A stretch of 60,347 nt of DNA from an uncultured Pseudomonadota bacterium (GTDB lineage: Bacteria > Pseudomonadota > Alphaproteobacteria > RF32 > CAG-239), in assembly GCA_902793695.1 (NCBI GenBank), contig CADBEI010000005.1:1-60347 (forward strand), given 5' to 3'. Made by a program: the position numbers and the translations under genes. A model generated the notes under the pieces. The model made no database searches, was not told the origin of the DNA, and saw only the letters and a list, made by a program, of their open reading frames with translations. Position 1 is the first letter of the stretch; each line of letters begins with the position of its first letter. Shown here in pieces: positions 28,734-40,292 of the stretch.

Positions 28734-31023
28734 ACGTAACCTTATAATCATTACATCTGTCCTGATGTTGGCGGGGTTGCCGGCGTTGGCCGTGACCGAG
28801 GCCGGAGAAGTTATGCGTCAGGAAAAGAAAAACCCCGGTGCCTCCTTATATGTTACGAACGATATTACAAATATCGGCTCCTTCGGTTCGGATGAATCTT
28901 CATCCGACGAAGGTGATGAAGCCATAGATTTTTCCGCCGACGAAATGATTAACGATGACGCAACGCAAGTTATAACCGCTCGCGGCAACGTTGAAGTTTT
29001 GTATAACGGTATGCGTATGACTACCGACAAGATTGTTTATGACCAAAATGCCGACACTCTTACGGCAATCGGAAACGTAAAAATGTATACGGCCGACGGT
29101 GCCGTAATCGACAGCGAACTCGTTTCCTTATCGGATAATATGTCGGTCGGCGCCATGAACAATGTTAAAGTTTTGATGAAGGATAAATCACACGTTACGG
29201 CCGAGTATTTCGTTAAAAAGAATAATCACACCAAGGTTATGCGCAACGCCACATATACCGCCTGCGATATTTGTGAAGGCAAAAGCCCGTTATGGCATAT
29301 CAGCGCGCGAAAAGTGCAACATCAGGAAGACGATAAAAACGTATATTACAATCATGCATTGGTTTATTTTAAGTATCTTCCGTTTTTCTACACGCCGTTT
29401 ATGACGCACCCTGATCCTACGGTAAAACGCCGTACCGGTTTGTTGGCTCCGACCATCGGCAGTTCCAACTATTTGGATGCTTATTTTCAGCCGCGTTTCT
29501 TTTGGGCGGTAGACGACCAGACCAATATTTTATTCTCGCCGATTTATTCCTCCGAAAAGGATATTGTTTGGAGTGGTAGTTTTTCGCATTATTTTTATAA
29601 CTCATACATTAACGTCAGCGGTTCGTATTTAGATGACAAGCCTAACAAGAACGATAAAAAATATAAATACCGCCCGAAACACCGCGGAAACATTTTTGCC
29701 GACGGCGTTACCGACATCAACAATGATTGGCGTCTGAAATATAACCTGAAATATGTTTCCGATTACGTTTACTTGAAAGATATGGATTTGGAATATCAAG
29801 ACGATGCGTGGCTTGTTTCTGATGTTAAATTTGAACGTTTTTCGGGACGCGACTATGCTTCGATTGAAGCTTATTATTACAAAATTCTCAGTTATAATCT
29901 GCATCAAAGTAACGTACAACAATTCAATACTTTGAACAAACGCAAACCGATTGTAGCGCCGTTGATTGAGGCGGAATTTTATTCGGATCCGCTAAAATGG
30001 GGTTCTTATTTGAAAAACGATTTCAGCACGGCATCGGTTTATCATCAAAACGGTTCGCAAACCCAACGAGTTACCTCTATTAATGCTTGGGAATTACCGC
30101 TTACCACTTCTTTTGGTGATAAATATCGGTTTGTTACCTCGCTAAAGTCCGACGTATATTACATAAACCGCTATCAATATAATAATCCGCAGAGTTACAC
30201 CGGCACCACGGCGCGCTTTTTCCCGCAGGCCGGTGTGGAATGGCATTTACCTTTTGTGCGAGCCACTTCAACTTCTCGGCAAATTGTAGAGCCTGTAATC
30301 GTCGGTGTGGTTTCTCCGGACGGCGGCAACAAGGTTGAAAAAATTCCGAATGAAGACAGCGAAGATGTTTATTTGGATGATACCAACGTTTTGGATTTGG
30401 ATCGTTATGCCGGTTACGATCGTAACGATACGGGCAGTCGCGTCAGCTACGGTTTACGTTGGAGTTCTTACGGCAATTTATTCGGTCGCACTTCCGCCTT
30501 TATTGCACAAAGTTTTGAACGCAATCGCTCTTCCAGTTTTATTCAAGGTTTGGATAATCAGGACGCAACCCATTTCAGCGACCTGGTCGGTCGTATCAAT
30601 GCAACCCCGAACAAATATTTGGATTTAAACTATCGCTTCCGTCTTGATAAAAATAATTTAAATGCTAAATACAGCGAATTGGGGACAAATATCGGTCCGG
30701 CGCTGTTAAAACTCAATGTTTCCTATATCTTTTTGCAAGGTAACACCCATTACATTGACAGATATTCGGAGCGCAAAGAGCTTTATACTTCGCTCAGCTC
30801 CGAGGTTACGGAAAATTGGAAATTATCAATTTATAATTTGGAGGACTTAACCAAGAAAAGACGCGGCCGTTTGGAACACGGCGGAACGGTTACTTATGAT
30901 GACGAGTGCTTTACTTGGAATTTGACCTTCAAAAAATATAACACCAGCAACCCGAATTTAGATAACAACTATGAGTTCGGTATGACATTTTACTTAAAAA
31001 CCGTAGGCGGCTTCGGTTCATAA
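28720..31023 (+). CDS. lptD: LPS assembly protein LptD
   Basis: OstA-like N-domain, YTAC..C...P.W, HPDPTVKRR.GLL, NEDS and C-terminal YDDEC barrel motifs. Confidence 0.93.
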   Translation: MHINERNLIIITSVLMLAGLPALAVTEAGEVMRQEKKNPGASLYVTNDITNIGSFGSDESSSDEGDEAIDFSADEMINDDATQVITARGNVEVLYNGMRMTTDKIVYDQNADTLTAIGNVKMYTADGAVIDSELVSLSDNMSVGAMNNVKVLMKDKSHVTAEYFVKKNNHTKVMRNATYTACDICEGKSPLWHISARKVQHQEDDKNVYYNHALVYFKYLPFFYTPFMTHPDPTVKRRTGLLAPTIGSSNYLDAYFQPRFFWAVDDQTNILFSPIYSSEKDIVWSGSFSHYFYNSYINVSGSYLDDKPNKNDKKYKYRPKHRGNIFADGVTDINNDWRLKYNLKYVSDYVYLKDMDLEYQDDAWLVSDVKFERFSGRDYASIEAYYYKILSYNLHQSNVQQFNTLNKRKPIVAPLIEAEFYSDPLKWGSYLKNDFSTASVYHQNGSQTQRVTSINAWELPLTTSFGDKYRFVTSLKSDVYYINRYQYNNPQSYTGTTARFFPQAGVEWHLPFVRATSTSRQIVEPVIVGVVSPDGGNKVEKIPNEDSEDVYLDDTNVLDLDRYAGYDRNDTGSRVSYGLRWSSYGNLFGRTSAFIAQSFERNRSSSFIQGLDNQDATHFSDLVGRINATPNKYLDLNYRFRLDKNNLNAKYSELGTNIGPALLKLNVSYIFLQGNTHYIDRYSERKELYTSLSSEVTENWKLSIYNLEDLTKKRRGRLEHGGTVTYDDECFTWNLTFKKYNTSNPNLDNNYEFGMTFYLKTVGGFGS

Positions 31024-31037
31024 AAATAGGAGAGAAA

Positions 31038-32237
31038 ATGAAAAAAACAATAATATTTTTTGCAGTATTTTTTACCTGTATTTCCGCGGTAAAAGCTGAA
31101 GATGTTAATTTGAAAGAAATTGATACCGAATCGCGTGCATCTCAGCCGAGCACCAATTCCATTATGTTTCGCCGCAATGCCGAACAATATAATATGCTGA
31201 CCGACGAGCAAAAAGAAGAAATATCGAAACAGCGTGAGATTATGCGTAAACGCGCAGAGGATTATGCCAAACAACAAGAAGAAATGGCACGGAGACAAGC
31301 GCAATACGAAGCGCAAATGCGTGCGGCCGAAGAAGCCGAGCGCCGCCGTCAGGAAGCACTGCGACCGATTACATTGTACGGCAACAAACTAAAAATATTC
31401 GCATTGGTAAACGGCGAAGTTATCTCAAGCAGCGATATGCAAAGCCGTATAAATGCCTTTATTTTAACTACCGGAATTCCGTATAACGCTCAAACCAAAA
31501 AAATGATAACCGACCGTGTTCTGCAGGGCGCGATTGATGAAAAGCTCAAATTGCAGGAAGCCAAAAAGAATAAAATTCGCGTAACTTCGCACGAAATCAA
31601 TAAAGCCGTTGAAGCTTTTGAAAAAGGTAATAATTTGCCGGCCGGTGAATTGCGCAAAATTCTGGCCGAAGCCAATGTCAGTATGAAAGTTTGGGCGACG
31701 CAAATCGAAGCGGATATCGCTTGGAAAAAACTTATCAACAGTAAAGCATACAGTCATATTTCCGTCAGCGAAACCGAAATTAACCGCACTATTGATGAGG
31801 TCAAAAAAGATATGTCACAGCATAAAAAAATGGTTTCCGAAATCGTTATCAGCAAAAAAGACGCCAAAGAAATCAATTCTTTGGTGGCAACATTGCGTCA
31901 GGACCCGCGTTTTGAACTTTATGCTTCGCAATTTTCACAAAGTCCGAGTGCAGCTAACGGCGGACGTTTGGGTTGGGTTACCAAAGGCAAATTGCCGGCT
32001 GTTTTTGAAAAAGCACTGGAAAAAATGAAAGAAGGCGACGTTTCCAATCCGATTGCTTACGGTAACGATTATTATATCTTGAAACTTGATAAGATTTTCG
32101 ACCCGCAACGTGATGCTAAATCATTCCCGAGCAAAAAGGAAATTCGCGCTTATCTGCAAAATAAGAAAATAGAAGAATTTTCCATTAAATATATGCGTGA
32201 TTTGCGCAATAAAGCCCTGATTGAAAAGAAGATATGA
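31038..32237 (+). CDS. surA: SurA-like PPIase/chaperone
   Basis: ALVNGEVIS, IDEKLK.QEA and rotamase FS.SP.A..GG.LGW motifs; follows lptD. Confidence 0.88.
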   Translation: MKKTIIFFAVFFTCISAVKAEDVNLKEIDTESRASQPSTNSIMFRRNAEQYNMLTDEQKEEISKQREIMRKRAEDYAKQQEEMARRQAQYEAQMRAAEEAERRRQEALRPITLYGNKLKIFALVNGEVISSSDMQSRINAFILTTGIPYNAQTKKMITDRVLQGAIDEKLKLQEAKKNKIRVTSHEINKAVEAFEKGNNLPAGELRKILAEANVSMKVWATQIEADIAWKKLINSKAYSHISVSETEINRTIDEVKKDMSQHKKMVSEIVISKKDAKEINSLVATLRQDPRFELYASQFSQSPSAANGGRLGWVTKGKLPAVFEKALEKMKEGDVSNPIAYGNDYYILKLDKIFDPQRDAKSFPSKKEIRAYLQNKKIEEFSIKYMRDLRNKALIEKKI

Positions 32238-33067
32238 TAAACGAACTGCCAAGTTTGCGCGATACCGTTGAGCAATACGGATTGCTGGCCAAAAAATCTC
32301 TCGGCCAGAACTTTTTGCTGGATATGAATATTACCGACAAGATTATCCGTTGCTCTTTGGAGGCGCAAGGCAAGGCAAATTTTCAAAACGAAAATGTTTA
32401 TGAAATCGGTCCGGGACCGGGAGGGTTGACGCGCGCCATTCTGAAAGCGAATCCGCAGAAACTGACGGTGATTGAAATGGACAGCCGTTGTATTGAGATT
32501 ATGCACGACATAAAAAAACTTGTCGGTGAGCAGCTGCAAATTGTGGAAGGCGATGCTCTGCAATACGATTTTACCACCGACCGAGAAGCCGTTAAAAATA
32601 TTGTCAGCAATCTGCCTTACAACATTTCCGTGCCGCTGTTGCTTAATTGGCTGAAAAATATGCAAAATTTTGCTAGCTTAACCTTGATGTTTCAAAAGGA
32701 AGTTGCCGAGCGTATTACGGCCGAGCCTGACAATAAAACTTACGGACGAATATCGGTTATGGCGCAACTTACCTGTAAAATCAAAACGCTGTTCAACCTT
32801 AATCCGAACTGTTTTGTGCCGGCGCCGAAAATATGGTCGACCGTGCTTTTGTTTGAGCCGCTTGCGACAATTCCACCGGCTGACATATTGCAAAAAGTGG
32901 AAAAACTGACCGAATTGGCTTTCAATCAGAGGCGCAAAATGTTACGGCAGAGTTTGAAATCAGTGGTGAATCTGCAACAAATTTGCGAACAGGTAAATAT
33001 AGACCCGACCGCGCGCGCCGAAAATCTGACACCGCAACAATATCTGAAACTGGCTGAATTGATTTAA
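32234..33067 (+). CDS. rsmA: 16S rRNA dimethyladenosine transferase
   Basis: KKSLGQNFL, EIGPG.G.LT, NLPYNI and MFQKEVA motifs. Confidence 0.96.
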   Translation: MINELPSLRDTVEQYGLLAKKSLGQNFLLDMNITDKIIRCSLEAQGKANFQNENVYEIGPGPGGLTRAILKANPQKLTVIEMDSRCIEIMHDIKKLVGEQLQIVEGDALQYDFTTDREAVKNIVSNLPYNISVPLLLNWLKNMQNFASLTLMFQKEVAERITAEPDNKTYGRISVMAQLTCKIKTLFNLNPNCFVPAPKIWSTVLLFEPLATIPPADILQKVEKLTELAFNQRRKMLRQSLKSVVNLQQICEQVNIDPTARAENLTPQQYLKLAELI

Positions 33068-33071
33068 TTTA

Positions 33072-33650
33072 TTACCAAATATGGCACAAAAAGATGGCCC
33101 ACATTCCGCACCAAAAAGCGAATATGAAGCACATAAACGCACGGCTGTCCAGATTGCTGTCTGCCGATTCATCGACAACTTCGCCGTATTTGTTGGCCCC
33201 GATAACACCGCGACCGCACAAAATCCAACACAAAAACGAACAATAAATCATTGCGGCAGCTAATAAATAAAGTAATCCTGCCGTATAGCCGAATCCCCAC
33301 AATCCTAACACAAGCAACGCCAGTGCCGTCGCCGGTAAACACCACCATCCGGATAGCGATATATCATGCAAGCGACGCACGGTTATGGTAGTTGCCGGCA
33401 ACAAGAAATACAGTGCAAAAATGCCGATGACGATTTTAGCTTCACCAAAGAAACGACCGCATAAAATCAATAACAAAAATATGATCAGGCTGACAGACTG
33501 AAAAGCCCAGAAATCGTAGCGCGAAGTTCGCCCTTTCAATACCAGCATTTGCATAATCGCATTGTTCCAACGAGATAAGATACGATTTTGCGACATCGAC
33601 GCTGTTTTATTTTGCTCTTTAATTTCAGTTGTGTTTTCCATCTGAGTCAT
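33072..33650 (-). CDS. DUF805 membrane protein
   Basis: GR.SR..FW, VRRLHD..SGWW and G.NKYG motifs. Confidence 0.88.
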   Translation of the reverse strand: MTQMENTTEIKEQNKTASMSQNRILSRWNNAIMQMLVLKGRTSRYDFWAFQSVSLIIFLLLILCGRFFGEAKIVIGIFALYFLLPATTITVRRLHDISLSGWWCLPATALALLVLGLWGFGYTAGLLYLLAAAMIYCSFLCWILCGRGVIGANKYGEVVDESADSNLDSRAFMCFIFAFWCGMWAIFLCHIW

Positions 33651-33706
33651 ACCTGCTAAAATCAGTACGGTGCCTCCCGTTGCCGGAAAGCACCGTCATT
33701 TCAAAA

Positions 33707-34630
33707 TTATTTTGCCAATTGAGCTTGAACTTCTGCGGCAAAATCTTCTTCTTTTTTCTGCAAGCCGTCGCCTAGTTTAAAGAACACATAGTCCGTCAAT
33801 TTGATGTCGGCACCGCATTCTTTAGCCTTTTCGGCAATAACGTCTTTAACTTTTTTATCCGGATCCATAATGTAGTTTTGTTCTTCCAAAACAACTTCTT
33901 CATAGAACTTGCGGATACGACCTTCCACCATTTTTTCGATGATGGCAGCCGGTTTGCCGGAAGTAGCAGCCTGCTCTGCAAAAATAGATTTTTCATGTTC
34001 TACCGCAGCCGGATCAACACCAGCCACATTCAAAGCAATCGGCTGAGCAGCGGCAACATGCATTGCAATATGCTTACCCAAATCAGCCAACTGTGCCTTA
34101 TCTGCCGTAGATTCCAACGCAACCAACACACCGATTTTACCTAAACCGGCGCGTGCCGCATTGTGAATATAAGAGCAAACCAAACCGTTGTTAACGCTGA
34201 CAACTTTAGCACGACGCAAGTTCATATTTTCGCCGATGCGGGCAACCATATCGGTCAAGCGTTCGCCAAAGGTTTTACCGCTGGCATCGGTAGCGTTCTT
34301 CATAGCTTCAACATCGCCGTTGTTTGCCAATGCAACTTTAGCGGCATCTTCAACATAAGCTTGGAAAATATCATTTTTAGCCACGAAATCGGTTTCGGAG
34401 TTAACTTCAACTGCCGCACCTTTATTGCCTTCAACATAAACCGCAACCAAACCTTCGGCGGCAATGCGGCTGGATTTTTTAGCGGCCGAGGCCAAACCTT
34501 TTTTGCGCAACCAATCAACGGCCGTTTCCATATTCCCGTTTGCTTCAACCAAAGCCTTTTTGCAATCAAGCATACCGGCGCCGGTTGTTTCTCTCAATTC
34601 TTTTACCATAGCGGCTGTAATATCTGCCAT
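33707..34630 (-). CDS. tsf: Elongation factor Ts
   Basis: VKELRE.TGAGM.DCKKAL and [10 protein letters not shown] motifs. Confidence 0.98.
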   Translation of the reverse strand: MADITAAMVKELRETTGAGMLDCKKALVEANGNMETAVDWLRKKGLASAAKKSSRIAAEGLVAVYVEGNKGAAVEVNSETDFVAKNDIFQAYVEDAAKVALANNGDVEAMKNATDASGKTFGERLTDMVARIGENMNLRRAKVVSVNNGLVCSYIHNAARAGLGKIGVLVALESTADKAQLADLGKHIAMHVAAAQPIALNVAGVDPAAVEHEKSIFAEQAATSGKPAAIIEKMVEGRIRKFYEEVVLEEQNYIMDPDKKVKDVIAEKAKECGADIKLTDYVFFKLGDGLQKKEEDFAAEVQAQLAK

Positions 34631-34730
34631 TATTTTAATCCCTTATTATCAAAATTTCAACTTTTCAAACACGGCGCGGCAATCGGATAAACCGCCGCGC
34701 CATTCAATCCATACCAAATCGGCTTAAAGC

Positions 34731-35540
34731 TTATTCGGCAGAAGCTTCGGCACTTGCCGTAGCCTTGGTTTTGCGCGGTGCACGCTTTTTCGGAGCAGCT
34801 TTTTCTTCAGCGGCTTCAGCATTTTCCACATCCAAACCTTTGGCGGCGATTTCGGCCGAAACACCATCCAAAATAGCGCCGGAGATTAAGTCGCAATAAA
34901 ATTGAATTGCTCTCAATGCATCGTCGTTACCCGGCACCGGATAGTCAACTTCATTCGGGTTAGCGTTCGTATCAACAATGCCGACCACAGGAATACCCAG
35001 CTTTTTAGCTTCTTTAACTGCCAAAGCTTCTTTCGGCGTATCGATTACGAATAACAAATCCGGCTGACCGCCCATATCTTTAATACCATTCAAAACAACC
35101 GCCAATTTTTCGCGTTCTTTTTTCAGGTTCAAGATTTCTTTTTTGGTGTAGCCTTCATAAGCGTTCTTTTCTTCCATTTCGTTAAGCTTATTCAGACGCG
35201 TAATTGATTTATAAACGGTTTTCCAGTTTGTCAGCATACCGCCGAGCCAGCGGTAGTTAACATAATATTGGCCGCATCTCTCGGCGCTTTCCTTAACGAT
35301 TTCCTGAGCTTGTCTCTTGGTAGCCACAAACAAAACCTTACCGCCCTGTGCGGCAACATCGCGAGTTGCGTTCAATGCATTATAGAGCATCGGATAAGTT
35401 TTTTGTAAGTCGATAATGTGTACATTATCTTTTTTGCCGTAAATATACGGTGCCATTTGCGGGTTCCAGCGACGAGCGTGGTGTCCGAAGTGTACGCCAG
35501 CTTCAACCATCTGACGTAATGTAAATGTAGGAATTGTCAT
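34731..35540 (-). CDS. rpsB: 30S ribosomal protein S2
   Basis: AGVHFGH, RWLGGMLTN and PGNDD motifs. Confidence 0.98.
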   Translation of the reverse strand: MTIPTFTLRQMVEAGVHFGHHARRWNPQMAPYIYGKKDNVHIIDLQKTYPMLYNALNATRDVAAQGGKVLFVATKRQAQEIVKESAERCGQYYVNYRWLGGMLTNWKTVYKSITRLNKLNEMEEKNAYEGYTKKEILNLKKEREKLAVVLNGIKDMGGQPDLLFVIDTPKEALAVKEAKKLGIPVVGIVDTNANPNEVDYPVPGNDDALRAIQFYCDLISGAILDGVSAEIAAKGLDVENAEAAEEKAAPKKRAPRKTKATASAEASAE

Positions 35541-35558
35541 ATTTTATTATCCTTTTTT

Positions 35559-35640
35559 CCGGTTAAACCTCCGCAGACTCTTGGCTTTTTACAGCACCGG
35601 AGCGAAGATGACAAATATCATTCCGCCTGTCTGCGTGTGT
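35559..35640 (-). promoter_or_regulatory. rpsB 5' leader (putative S2 autoregulatory structure)
   Basis: CACACGCAGAC...GTCTGCGGAGGTTTAACCGG closing stem, resembling rpsB leaders. Confidence 0.55.
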
Positions 35641-35790
35641 ATTGTTATAAAGTCGCACCATTGCGACTTCGGGCTATTTCTACCACATTTTTTCGATTTT
35701 TCAAGTGTTTTTTTATGGGCTTGAACAAAAAATATTCGTCAGACAGATATTTTTTAATTCATGTTCGGCAAACACGCCTAATATGCGCGA

Positions 35791-37314
35791 TTACGGCTGC
35801 AAATCGTCATCTTGTAAATCGTCATCCTGCGGGTTAGCTGTCATATCTTGGTCTTCTTCGTTATTTTTTTGTTGTTCCAAATACATTTTTTTGAAGTCCA
35901 ATTTTACCGGATCGGCAATCCTGACATTATTTTTGAATACTCCCTGTTCGGTGAATTTATAAACGGTTTCCGAATCGTTTTTGGTGATATCGATTACATC
36001 TTTCAACTCAGATAAAATCATATTGTTGCAATCCGGAATCTTGGCGGCTTGCGGATTATTTACGCATTGTTTTTGCTCAGGAAAAATATTGAACAAATTG
36101 CGGACTTTTATTTTTCCCGCGCCGAAAAGATAGCCGTTTTTGTATTCCAGTTCCCAAATTCCGCTGATGTCGGCATCCGCAAATTTAACCTCGGCATTTG
36201 CCGCCAATTTCGTCTTTTTTGCAATTTCATCAATAATCTCGGCTGTCTGTTCGTCAATTTTTTTCTGTTCTTCATCTGTTAAATTTTCATCTTGCGTAGG
36301 AATTTTACTCAAAGCAACGATGCCGTCGGCTGCAATGTTTTTGATGGAATATTTCAACGATATCTGTTTAGGCTGTATATTCGGATTTATAAAAGCATCA
36401 AGAAATCCGCCACTAAAGTTGATATTGTTAAATACCGTTTGCCCCAAAATATAATAACTTTCCTTATTCTCGCGTTGTATGGTATTTTTTATATCGACAT
36501 CAAAACCTAAATTAAAACCGAACATATCCGCTCCGATTTTAACGTCATCAGCAAGCGCGGAATACTTTATTGCGGATAAAAACGGAATATTCTCTGTCAT
36601 TTGTTGATAGTTAAAAGCGGCATCTTCCGGCACCTCATAAGAAACTTCCGAACGATGTTTTTCACCTTTGATATGCAACGAAAATATCGGAAACGCCAAA
36701 TTAAGCGAATCCATAGAAACATCAGCACCGTATTTTATCATATTATTTTCATCGGTTACCTGCTGTTGAAAATCAAGAGAGCCGAGATTTCCGATTTCAC
36801 TTTTAAGTCCGGTTGTTTCATCTTTTTTGGTGTATGACAAATCATTGATTTGCAACTTGGAATAACTGACCACGCCGAGCTCCGGCACCATTTTCATTTC
36901 TTCTTTATAAGAGCCGGCGGTTATATCTTTTACAAATGCCAAATTGAAGTTATTGTAAATCTGTGCCATAAATTTATGCAAAGAATCTACATAAATCTGA
37001 TATTGCGCATAAGATTTAAAATCCTCAATTTTTTTACATTCAGCTGCGGTTGCCTGTATGGTATACTCGGAGTTTTTATTAGATGCACTCGCTCCCAACC
37101 CCAACATAGCCAATTGGGAAAAATCCGCTTCATCTTCTCGGATTGTTGTTGCCGGATAATTTACCGAACATTTTTCTTCATCAACTTCCACTATTACGTC
37201 GGCCCCGTAGGTTGATGTCAAAATTTCAGCCATTTGTTCGGCAACCGGTGCACCGGCAAATGATGATGCACCGTAAATAAAAGAAATTGCCAATACCAAC
37301 AAAACTTTTTTCAT
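35791..37314 (-). CDS. Hypothetical exported beta-rich protein
   Basis: Signal peptide (SFA), 507 aa, acidic repeat tail (QDDDLQDDDLQ). Confidence 0.75.
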   Translation of the reverse strand: MKKVLLVLAISFIYGASSFAGAPVAEQMAEILTSTYGADVIVEVDEEKCSVNYPATTIREDEADFSQLAMLGLGASASNKNSEYTIQATAAECKKIEDFKSYAQYQIYVDSLHKFMAQIYNNFNLAFVKDITAGSYKEEMKMVPELGVVSYSKLQINDLSYTKKDETTGLKSEIGNLGSLDFQQQVTDENNMIKYGADVSMDSLNLAFPIFSLHIKGEKHRSEVSYEVPEDAAFNYQQMTENIPFLSAIKYSALADDVKIGADMFGFNLGFDVDIKNTIQRENKESYYILGQTVFNNINFSGGFLDAFINPNIQPKQISLKYSIKNIAADGIVALSKIPTQDENLTDEEQKKIDEQTAEIIDEIAKKTKLAANAEVKFADADISGIWELEYKNGYLFGAGKIKVRNLFNIFPEQKQCVNNPQAAKIPDCNNMILSELKDVIDITKNDSETVYKFTEQGVFKNNVRIADPVKLDFKKMYLEQQKNNEEDQDMTANPQDDDLQDDDLQP

Positions 37315-37461
37315 AATTCATACTCCGATAAAAATTAACATTATCGGCTATTATAATCATTTTACCGCTATGTGCAATATTTTTGTTAAGTCGTACAATA
37401 TCTTCGCTTTGCTATTAAGTAAAAAAATCTCTCGCGGTTCAACACGAGAGATTTTAAGCGT

Positions 37462-38115
37462 TTAATCATAGGTATGACTGTTTTTAATGTGTTTCATCAA
37501 CTGCGAGGCCATCTCTTTTTGCGCTTTGTTTGATGACACATCAAAACGCGAATTCATCCTATCCGGTATCGTCTGCGACAAATCCTCATCCTCGTTTTGC
37601 CAAGTCCTGACGCCTTTATTTTCCGACGGGATTTCACTGGCATCAATGCCTTTATATTCATGTACGACACCGACTTCGTCCTCCGGCACGCCTCTGCCGA
37701 ATTCAGGCACAGGAATCTCGCCCTCTTTCAGTACGCCTTGACGCTCGCCGAGTTTTGTACCTTCCGGAACACTTAAATCTCTTTTACTGTCTTCGGTAAG
37801 CTGATTTTCAAAAAATTTGCCGGACTGTTCTATAATATCTTCTTCGGCGATTTCTCCCTGATTAACTCCCCACGGATCGGCTGTACGAGCATCGTTTTCC
37901 GGTACAATGTTAGGTACGGGTACTTCTCTGGGATTCGCTTTTATTTGATTATTTTCTTCGGCATTTGCCGAATCCTGACCGCCAAAGCCCAATACCGCAG
38001 CAGCCACAGCCCCGACCGTGAAAGCGCCCAGTTTTAATTTCATATTTAATTTCATACTGTCTATACGCGCTTTATTTTCAGCGTTTTTCAAATATTCCGG
38101 ATTTGGTTTCACCAT
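37462..38115 (-). CDS. Hypothetical acidic protein with one hydrophobic segment
   Basis: AGGAGA RBS before ATG 38115; terminator-like hairpin at 37421-37455. Confidence 0.7.
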   Translation of the reverse strand: MVKPNPEYLKNAENKARIDSMKLNMKLKLGAFTVGAVAAAVLGFGGQDSANAEENNQIKANPREVPVPNIVPENDARTADPWGVNQGEIAEEDIIEQSGKFFENQLTEDSKRDLSVPEGTKLGERQGVLKEGEIPVPEFGRGVPEDEVGVVHEYKGIDASEIPSENKGVRTWQNEDEDLSQTIPDRMNSRFDVSSNKAQKEMASQLMKHIKNSHTYD

Positions 38116-38292
38116 TTTATTTCTCCTGCTATCATTTGTTCTGTAACATAGTTTCATTATAGCATATTTTATTTTTTTGTCAACATATAAAGTTGTTGCA
38201 TATTTTTGTTTATGAATTTGGGTTTTTGCTTGTATTTTTCGCGTTTATCGGCTATTTTGGCGACAATTTGAGAGTTTTTTTTGAGGGAAAAA

Positions 38293-40290
38293 ATGTCCGA
38301 TTTATTTGAAACGAATGCATCATCAACGCAAAGCAAAGCCGAATATACTGCCACCGATATTGAAGTGCTGGAGGGTTTGGAACCGGTGCGTCATCGTCCG
38401 GGAATGTATATCGGCGGTACCGACATTCAGGCGATGCACCATTTGGTGGCCGAGATTTTGGATAATTCCATGGATGAAGCGGTTGCCGGTTTTGCCAATC
38501 ATATCGATGTAACGATGAATGCCGACGGCACGGTTACAATCACCGATAACGGACGCGGCATTCCGATTGATGAACACCCGAAATATCCGGGAGTATCGGC
38601 ACTCGAAGTTATTTTAACCACCCTCCACTCCGGCGGCAAATTCGGCGGCGGTGCCTATAAGGTTTCCGGCGGGTTGCACGGCGTGGGTTTATCGGTAGTC
38701 AACGCTTTATCGGAAACCTTGGTGGTGGAAGTTGCCCGCGACAAAAAACTCTGGCGCCAAGAATATTCACGTGGTAAACCTCTGACGCCGCTTGAACTGA
38801 TCGGAAATTGTCCGAATCGGCGCGGCACCTCGATAACTTTTAAACCGGATGCCGAAATTTTTGAGGGCAACAACCAGTTTATTGCCAATCGTGTTTACCG
38901 AATGGCACGCTCAAAGGCTTTTCTATTTAAAGGAGTACTGATAAATTGGAAATGCGCGCCGGAACTGATTACCGAAGGCGATACCACACCGACCGAGGCC
39001 GAATTGCACTATCCGAACGGTTTGTCCGACTTTTTGAATATTCAAATCGGTGAGCGCGCCACCATTAACCGCACCGCATTTACGGGCGAATCGGAACTTG
39101 CCAACAATGAAGGTCGTGTAGAATGGGCCGTAACGTGGCCGTTGGATGAGAAGGGATTTTCTTATTCTTATTGCAACACGGTTATCACTCCCGAAGGCGG
39201 AACACACGAAACCGGTTTTCGTACTGCTCTTTCCCGCAGTCTCAGAGAATACGGAGAAATGGCAAATTATAAAAAAATATCCGCCATTACGCCCGATGAT
39301 TTATTAAGCGATGCCTGTCTGATGCTTTCGGTTTTCATTACCGACCCGCAATTTCAGGGGCAAACCAAAGACAAATTGACCTCGACCAAAGCGATTCATC
39401 TGGTGGAAACCGCCGTAAAAGATTCGTTTGACCATTGGCTGTCATCCGATGTTGAAAATGCCAAAGCGCTGATAGAATATGTGTTGGAACGTGCCGAGGC
39501 TCGACGTAAAAAGAAAGAGGAAAAAGCTCAAGCTCGTAAGGCACCGACCAAAAAACTGCGTTTGCCGGGTAAACTTGCCGATTGCTCACAAGCAGCCGCG
39601 GAAAATACGGAGATTTTTATCGTTGAAGGTGATTCCGCCGGCGGTTCGGCTAAACAGGGACGAGACAGAGTTACGCAGGCTATTTTGCCGCTTCGCGGTA
39701 AAATCTTAAACGTGGCCAGTGCTTCGGTTGAGCGAATCGCACAAAATCAAGAAATCAAGGATATGATTGAGGCGCTCGGTTGCGGAGTTAAAGACAACTA
39801 TAACGAGGATAATCTGCGCTATGAGAAAATCATCATCATGACCGATGCTGATGTGGATGGGGCGCACATTACCTCACTGTTGATGACATTTTTCTATCAA
39901 CATATGCCGAAACTGATTGAAAACGGGCATTTGTTTATCGCCACTCCGCCGCTGTATAAAATCGTGGCCGGCGGCAAAAACTATTATGCGCTAGATGATG
40001 AAGAAAAAGATAAAATTCTGAAAAAGGTGGTTAAAGGTAACATCAAGCCGGATATCAGCCGTTTTAAAGGCTTGGGTGAGATGAGCCCGACACAGCTCAA
40101 AGAAACAACTATGGATAAAAATAACCGCGTGCTGCTACGAGTGATGATTCCGAGTATCGATACCGAAGAAGGTCGTGCCGAAGACTTTGAGACGCGTCGG
40201 CAGGTTGAGCGCCTGATGGGTAAAGATCCGGAGCCGCGTTTCCGCTTTATTATCGAACGCGCCAAATTTGTTGACAATCTGGATATTTAA
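38293..40290 (+). CDS. parE: DNA topoisomerase IV subunit B
   Basis: RPGMYIGGTD, DNSMDEAVAG, VEGDSAGGS, PLRGK and MTDADVDG motifs; short (665 aa) ParE-type length. Confidence 0.92.
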   Translation: MSDLFETNASSTQSKAEYTATDIEVLEGLEPVRHRPGMYIGGTDIQAMHHLVAEILDNSMDEAVAGFANHIDVTMNADGTVTITDNGRGIPIDEHPKYPGVSALEVILTTLHSGGKFGGGAYKVSGGLHGVGLSVVNALSETLVVEVARDKKLWRQEYSRGKPLTPLELIGNCPNRRGTSITFKPDAEIFEGNNQFIANRVYRMARSKAFLFKGVLINWKCAPELITEGDTTPTEAELHYPNGLSDFLNIQIGERATINRTAFTGESELANNEGRVEWAVTWPLDEKGFSYSYCNTVITPEGGTHETGFRTALSRSLREYGEMANYKKISAITPDDLLSDACLMLSVFITDPQFQGQTKDKLTSTKAIHLVETAVKDSFDHWLSSDVENAKALIEYVLERAEARRKKKEEKAQARKAPTKKLRLPGKLADCSQAAAENTEIFIVEGDSAGGSAKQGRDRVTQAILPLRGKILNVASASVERIAQNQEIKDMIEALGCGVKDNYNEDNLRYEKIIIMTDADVDGAHITSLLMTFFYQHMPKLIENGHLFIATPPLYKIVAGGKNYYALDDEEKDKILKKVVKGNIKPDISRFKGLGEMSPTQLKETTMDKNNRVLLRVMIPSIDTEEGRAEDFETRRQVERLMGKDPEPRFRFIIERAKFVDNLDI

Positions 40291-40292
40291 CT